64,000 nt of DNA. It comes from Sminthopsis crassicaudata (Eukaryota). The DNA is taken from contig NC_133619.1 in assembly GCF_048593235.1 (NCBI RefSeq), positions 585,273,963 to 585,337,962 on the forward strand. Direction: 5' to 3'. The notes under the pieces are model-generated. The model was not told where the DNA came from, ran no database searches, and worked only from the letters and a program-made list of their open reading frames with translations. Below, one piece after another: positions 58,379-64,000 of this stretch (within the stretch, counting starts at the first letter, position 1; each line of letters starts with the position of its first letter). The position numbers and the translations under genes were made by a program.

Positions 58379-61300
58379 AGGCAATTGGGGGTAAGTGACT
58401 TGCCCACAGTCACACAGCCAGGAAGTGTTAAATATCTGAGGCCAGATTTGAACTCAGGACTTCTTGACTTCAGGGCTGGGGCTCTATTCACTACATCAAT
58501 TAGCTGCCCCCGGATGTAGGTACTATTATTGATAAAGAAACTGAAGCAGGCAGAGTTTAAATGATTTGCCCAAGTTCACACTAGTCTGGTTCTGAGGCTG
58601 CATTTGAATTCAAGTGTTCTTGATTCTAGGCTCAGCACTGTATACACAGCACCACATAGCTGCCATGGCTAAGTAAGTCATTCTTAGTGGGGGACATGAA
58701 AGCTGTCTTTATTTGCCTGTCACGTGGAAGAGTGAGGAAGGTTGTTCTGTTGGAAAAAATTCCACTATAGATTTCTGCTAGATTTTGGAGGGCTGAAATT
58801 GGAACAATAAGTGAAAGATATAGAGAAGCAGATTTCATTTGAAAGTAAGGAAAAGCTCAACAATAGTTAGATTTCCCCAAAGTAGAAATGAGCAGCCTCA
58901 AGTGGTAAATCCTTGTTTAATTGTTTTTAACCCATGAACCATTAGTTTCCTACTTCTAGCCCTGCTTACCTCCAAATTGATGGCTATCTCTCCTAAGAGG
59001 ACTAATTTATGAGAAGAAATTTAACTGGTATCCATAGTGAATTGGATGATAAGACTATGGTTTTCAGAAGTAATGAGAAATTAGCTGAAGTTACATTGAT
59101 GGCTTGAGGTGATTCTGCTTATGAGCTTTCTTACAACTAAAACAATTGTAAATAACTGTGTCTTTGTGTTGTTACTTGATTACATTGTTAATAAATTGGA
59201 TATGTAGTAACTTCATTTATTTAATTCTAAGAGATTGGGAGTTCTGAAATAGAAAAATAGAGGTAATCACTTATGGGAAAGATATTTCTTCAGTTTATTT
59301 AGGAAATAATATTTAATAAATTGGGATGGGCTTTTGATTTATTAATGTCTAAGACATGTTGCTATTTGATACATACATACATCTTTATTTATTTTTTTTC
59401 TTCTTTCTTTTTTTTTTCCCTGAGGCTGGGGTTAAGTGACTTACCCAGGGTCACACAGCTAGGAAGTGTTAAGTGTCTGAGACCAGATTTGAACTCAGGT
59501 CCTCCTGAATTCAAGGCTGGTGCTCTATCCACTGCGCCACCTAGCTGTCCCCCATACATACATATTAAAAAAAAAACCCTTTAAAATACTCAAGAATTCT
59601 TAAGGATGAGAATGAATATGTAAGAAGTAGTAGACCGAAAGATGAACTACAGGTAAATGGGGTCAATTCTGCCTAAGCTTTTATGGAATTTTACAACTAT
59701 TTTTTGTTGTCATAGGCAACTTTTTTCAATTTGTAATTGTAAATTACAATTATTACATTGTACTCATAAATGCAAAGTGTTTGATAGTGCTGCTACTGAG
59801 GAAAAGAGGGTCTAAAAGTAAAGAGATTGAAAGGAATTTTGAATTGTCACCAAGAGACAATTCACCTATGAGAAAGGCCATAACTAATTCCCCTGTAATG
59901 CATAGAAATAGCTTATCTATAGATGAGGCAAGAGCTAGATTTCAGAATAGAACAGGAAAATATCATGAGTGATAATATAGGTTTAATCTCAAAAAAAGAA
60001 TTTTGTAGCTATCTTCTTAGAAGTAGAAAACCTTGTATCACTTGACACTATAAGTATCATGGGACGTGTGGGTCATATCTGTGAGGAATTCTCTGCAGAC
60101 TTGATGTTCTCTGTCTCAGAGGTGAGGATGTTGATATAATGATGAAAAGTCTTCAACATATGGGTGCAAAGCCAGAAAACCAGGAAGTCTGATATGACAC
60201 AATAAGAGAGTCTGCAAAGCCTACAGGATGATTTCAGTAATGGTGAGATTTCATATAATATTTCTCACCTTTATTCAATGTGTAGGAGAAAAGCCAACAA
60301 AATTCATGATTTAACTAGATGCTAAACTAAAAGACTTGTACAGAAATGGGAGGTAACACCTGAGCTTATGAATGTGACTCATACAGTTCTAGAGACACAG
60401 TAGATATCACTACAGTTCCACAAGATGATGAGCACAGTATACAAAATATACAACAGAAGTGCTGTTAAGAGGGATTCCCAATGGGCAGTCTCAATCTTGA
60501 TGAACTCTAGAGCATCCTCTTCTGTATGAACTAAAGAAACAGTGGGAATCACACTAATATAATGCAATTTGGATGGCAAAGTTGACAAAGAACTTGTAAA
60601 AAGGAAGAACAAGAGGCAAGAGCATTATATTTTGTGAAAGCAAAAGACCAAGAGAACAAAGGTCAGAACAGTCAGATGTAAGAACATCCCTAGAACAGTT
60701 ATAAACACAGTAATGAGCAAAATAGAAGATTTGAATCTTTTGTTGCAACAATAGCGTGGGTGAATCACATGAGTGATGAATGTACCCAAAAGAGGAATGT
60801 AGGGTTGGTTTGTGAGAGGCTGAATGCCAAAGAATCAGCATCAGGAAATGAAGACAGAGACCAAAGATGGAGATTGTTCCAGAACCTAGATCAGCATCAA
60901 GATATAACCACAGATGTGGGAGAGGGATGAGAAGAGGGAGAAAATTCAGAATAGACATTAAAATTGAATTTTTAAAAGATCTAACCAGAGAGGCAAACTG
61001 TCTTCTGTTATATAAGTGGATTAGACAGCCACAAATATAGCAAGCAGTAGAAAGGAGAATTTTCACTTGGTTCAGAGCAAAGTTCCCTAAGTAACATCAA
61101 GAAACAAATGGGTAGCATACAAAGCCTGCACTTTCTTAACTGAAGCAAGGTAATAAGATTTTGCTGAAGAACTTAGGTGATCAGAGACCATTGATGAAAC
61201 TTTATATTATTAGCTAGAATTTTACAGAGAACTTTAAGATTCACAAGTATATTACTTATGTTCTCTCATGTGATCCTCACAACAACCTGGGGTGGCAGGT

Positions 61301-64000
61301 TTTATTATGATCCTTATGCTATAGAGAGAGAAATCAAAGAGAAGAGCTTCAAAGTATGTTACTGAGGCTGAAGAAGAAATGGGAACATGAGATAGCTTAC
61401 ATTTTTAGGAATCATGCTTTGGATATAAAGTGACAAGTCCTCAAGAGAACTGCTTGATGCAAACTATTAAAAAGTGCTCTAAAAAAACTGCAGTATTTTT
61501 CTTTTCTTTGCTGAGGCAATTGGGGTTAAGTGACTTGCTCAGGGTCACACAGCCAGGAAGTGTTAAATGTCTGAGATCACATTTGAACTCGGGTCCTCCT
61601 GACTTCAGGGCTGGTTTGCTATCCACTGTACCAACCAACTTCCCCAAAAACCAATATTGAAACATCAGCTCAAGAATGTTGAAGCTAAACTTTGCCCAGG
61701 AGCACAAGCAGCTTATGAAAAAGGTGGTGTTTTAAATAAGGCAGATACTGCACATAGGAACCAAATTACCTTAGTCATGATTAAAGAGGACCCCAATTCA
61801 GACAGGGGGACCTTTCTTTCTTAGATCCTCAGCTATACAATCTCCCATGGTAAGAAGATAAACTAGAGAGTTTAAAAACAAAGGTAATAAGCCTAAGCCA
61901 AGTTGCAGACCCTCAGAGTTTCAGGAGACTTAAGAGACAATTGGGTCTAACCCTTTGCTTTTACAGATGAGGAAATTTGAGGAGGATGGAAAAGACCTAC
62001 TTGGTCAAAGTCATACACTGAATCAGTGTAGGAGCTGGGAGTTGGTGGCAGTGAGAGCAAAAGGGACCCTTACCCTGAGGTGTTTCTATTTGGGGGATTC
62101 TGGGACAGAGAAGAGGCTCAGTAAAAGCCTAGGAAAGGCTGTAGAGAAGCAGAGAGTATGAAGGGAAAACTTTAGGCATCCTTGTAGACACTTGGGAAGA
62201 GGGGTAGGTACAAACATACCTGATAGAGGCTTTGAGAGAAGGTGGGTGCGTTGTCGTTGACATCCTCTACCTGTACCGTGAGGTTGGCGCTGCCCTCATG
62301 CTGCCCATCCCGGGCCAGCAGGTGCAGCTGATAACAGTCCATGTGCTCAAAGTCAAGGGGCTCTGTGAGGGAGATGCGGCCTCCGTAGCGCCCCACACTG
62401 AAGGGGCCCTGGGTCCCAGGCGGGTTCAGCACATACCACAAGGCAGGCCCTGAGTCCACGTCATTCCCCGTCACCCGAGCAATCTCTGAGCCTAGAAGTG
62501 CATCTATATAATACATGAGACATGGAACATAGGTGTGGGGCCCCCATATGGAGGCTGTTACAGACAAAGGACGTGGACCACCCAGGACTTAGGTAGTGAC
62601 ATTCACCCTCACAGATTAAGATACCATCCCCTGGCTTTAGGTCACACTTACCCTCTGGTACTTGGATCTCCCAGGGCTGGGGGATGGTTGGTCGGTTGTC
62701 ATTGGCGTCAATGACCAGTACAGTCAGTGTGGCTGAGCCCACTAAGGGTGGGGAGCCTCTATCCGTGGCCATCACCACCAGGCTGGGGGTACAGGATCAG
62801 GAAGCAACCAGGTCAAGAGTCATAGGATGGGGAGAATGGAAAAGGTGAGGCCTTTTAGTGTAGTTGGACTTTCGGGGAACATGCAAATGCTGGAAAGACA
62901 CTGGGATGGGAGAAACTCAGGAAGGACTCAGAGAGTTGCTATGAGACATGTAACATCGGGGCACAGTGGTGGGCTAGTGATTTTGGATAGGTGACTAGGC
63001 AAGGGGGAAGAGGAGCAGAGGGTCCATGGATTGGGGAAAGGAACTGAGTCCTCACCGAGTCTCTGCCCAGATCTCTCGGTCCAGGATAGCTGTGGTGGTA
63101 ATGGTACCCATAGCTGGGTCTATGTGAAACAGCCCCCGAGTGGCCTGGGATGGAGCCAGGCTATAAGTGACTTGTCCGCCTGGGCCCTGGTCCAGGTCAT
63201 CAGCCTCTACCTGAGGATGTCAGGAAGACAGATTGGGGCCCTGATCTCGTCTCAGACCCTGTCCCCAGCCTATGAGTCTGATGTAGAGAGTCCACCTCTA
63301 TTCATGGTCTGTGGGAAACAGTAATGAGGGACCCTCCTACCCATCGATAGTCCTTCCCTCCCCAATCCTGCCCCCCACCTTCAGGAGAGGCCCAGACAAA
63401 GGGCGAGACTCGGGTACAAAGGCTGCATAGTGTGGCTTCAGAAATCGTGGAGCATTGTCATTAGCATCCTGGAGGCTCAGCGTTAGCACCGTGAAGCCAA
63501 AGGAACCACCACTCTCTGCTTGCAGAACCAGCCGCAGCCTTGGGCTTGTCTCAAAATCCAGTCCCCCGGCCGCCTTCACCGAGAGTGCCCCTGGTGGATC
63601 ATGAGAACTTCAGATCTCAGGGAGACCTCCCAACATCCATTATCTACCTAATGATAATCCTTACACCTCAGAGAGGGAACCTGCCCCACTCCTCACCCCC
63701 ATCTCCATCACTGACACGCCTGCTGGGATACACCCCCAGATCTCAGAGGGACACTAAGATTTTAGAGTCAGCCCCTCCCACCTCCCACATCTTAGACGCT
63801 CAGAATGTTTCTTCCCTGATCTCAGGACATTCCATTAGATCTCCATTAGATAGACACAGACACCCTTTAAGTTGACCCTCTGCCCCAGCCTGCCCGTAGA
63901 CCCTACCTGTGCTGGGTTCAATGGAGAAAAGATCATGCTCGTTGCCGCTGAGGATGCTGTAGGTGATAGCTCCTGTGGAGCCCCCAGCATGGGTGGCCTG
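54226..64000 (-). CDS. DCHS1: Protocadherin-16 / Dachsous 1, last 7 exons (5'-partial)
   Basis: Exons 63907->64000 (partial), 63379-63590, 63056-63210, 62652-62782, 62220-62503, 57173-57311, 54226-56852; phases consistent. Cadherin motifs (DVNDNPPVF, LDFE), TM segment LLLVGAVAASLGVVVVLALAALVLGLV, GSYNWDYLLSW, C-terminal ELHI*. Confidence 0.97.
58341..58510 (-). mobile_element. Young WSINE1-like SINE with TSD, nested in a MIR-like element
   Basis: Long poly(T); TSD taggtactatt at 58332-58342 and 58517-58527. Confidence 0.9.
59385..59553 (-). mobile_element. WSINE1-like SINE
   Basis: Near-consensus reverse copy flanked by atacatacat repeats. Confidence 0.88.
61496..61645 (-). mobile_element. 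WSINE1-like SINE
   Basis: ttgctgaggcaattggggttaagtgacttgctcagggtcac ... atccactg. Confidence 0.85.

Overview
Marsupial genomic DNA, most likely a dasyurid (young WSINE1-type SINEs, an OC1/OposCharlie1-type hAT MITE, marsupial L1 3' ends). The window matches the human 11p15.4 gene order: 3' end of DNHD1 (+), RRP8 (-), ILK (+), TAF10 (-), TPP1 (-) and the last 7 exons of DCHS1 (-). I traced all coding exons by hand with GT-AG boundaries and consistent phases: RRP8 423 aa, ILK 452 aa, TAF10 211 aa, TPP1 569 aa. Between DNHD1 and RRP8 lies a 5'-deleted endogenous retrovirus with a betaretrovirus-type pol but a gamma-type (ISD-bearing) env remnant; its LTR starts 30 bp after the DNHD1 poly(A) signal. 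Other notable points: a CpG-rich 75-bp hairpin-containing VNTR with higher-order structure in RRP8 intron 1; a 52-bp repeat in the RRP8/ILK bidirectional promoter; a decayed duplicate of the RRP8 exon 2 acceptor; a back-to-back ILK/TAF10 poly(A) signal; a candidate DCHS1 poly(A) site abutting the TPP1 promoter; a lineage-expanded insert in DNHD1; and an unidentified coding-like relic in a DCHS1 intron. Homolog comparisons and repeat family names come from memory, not from database searches.
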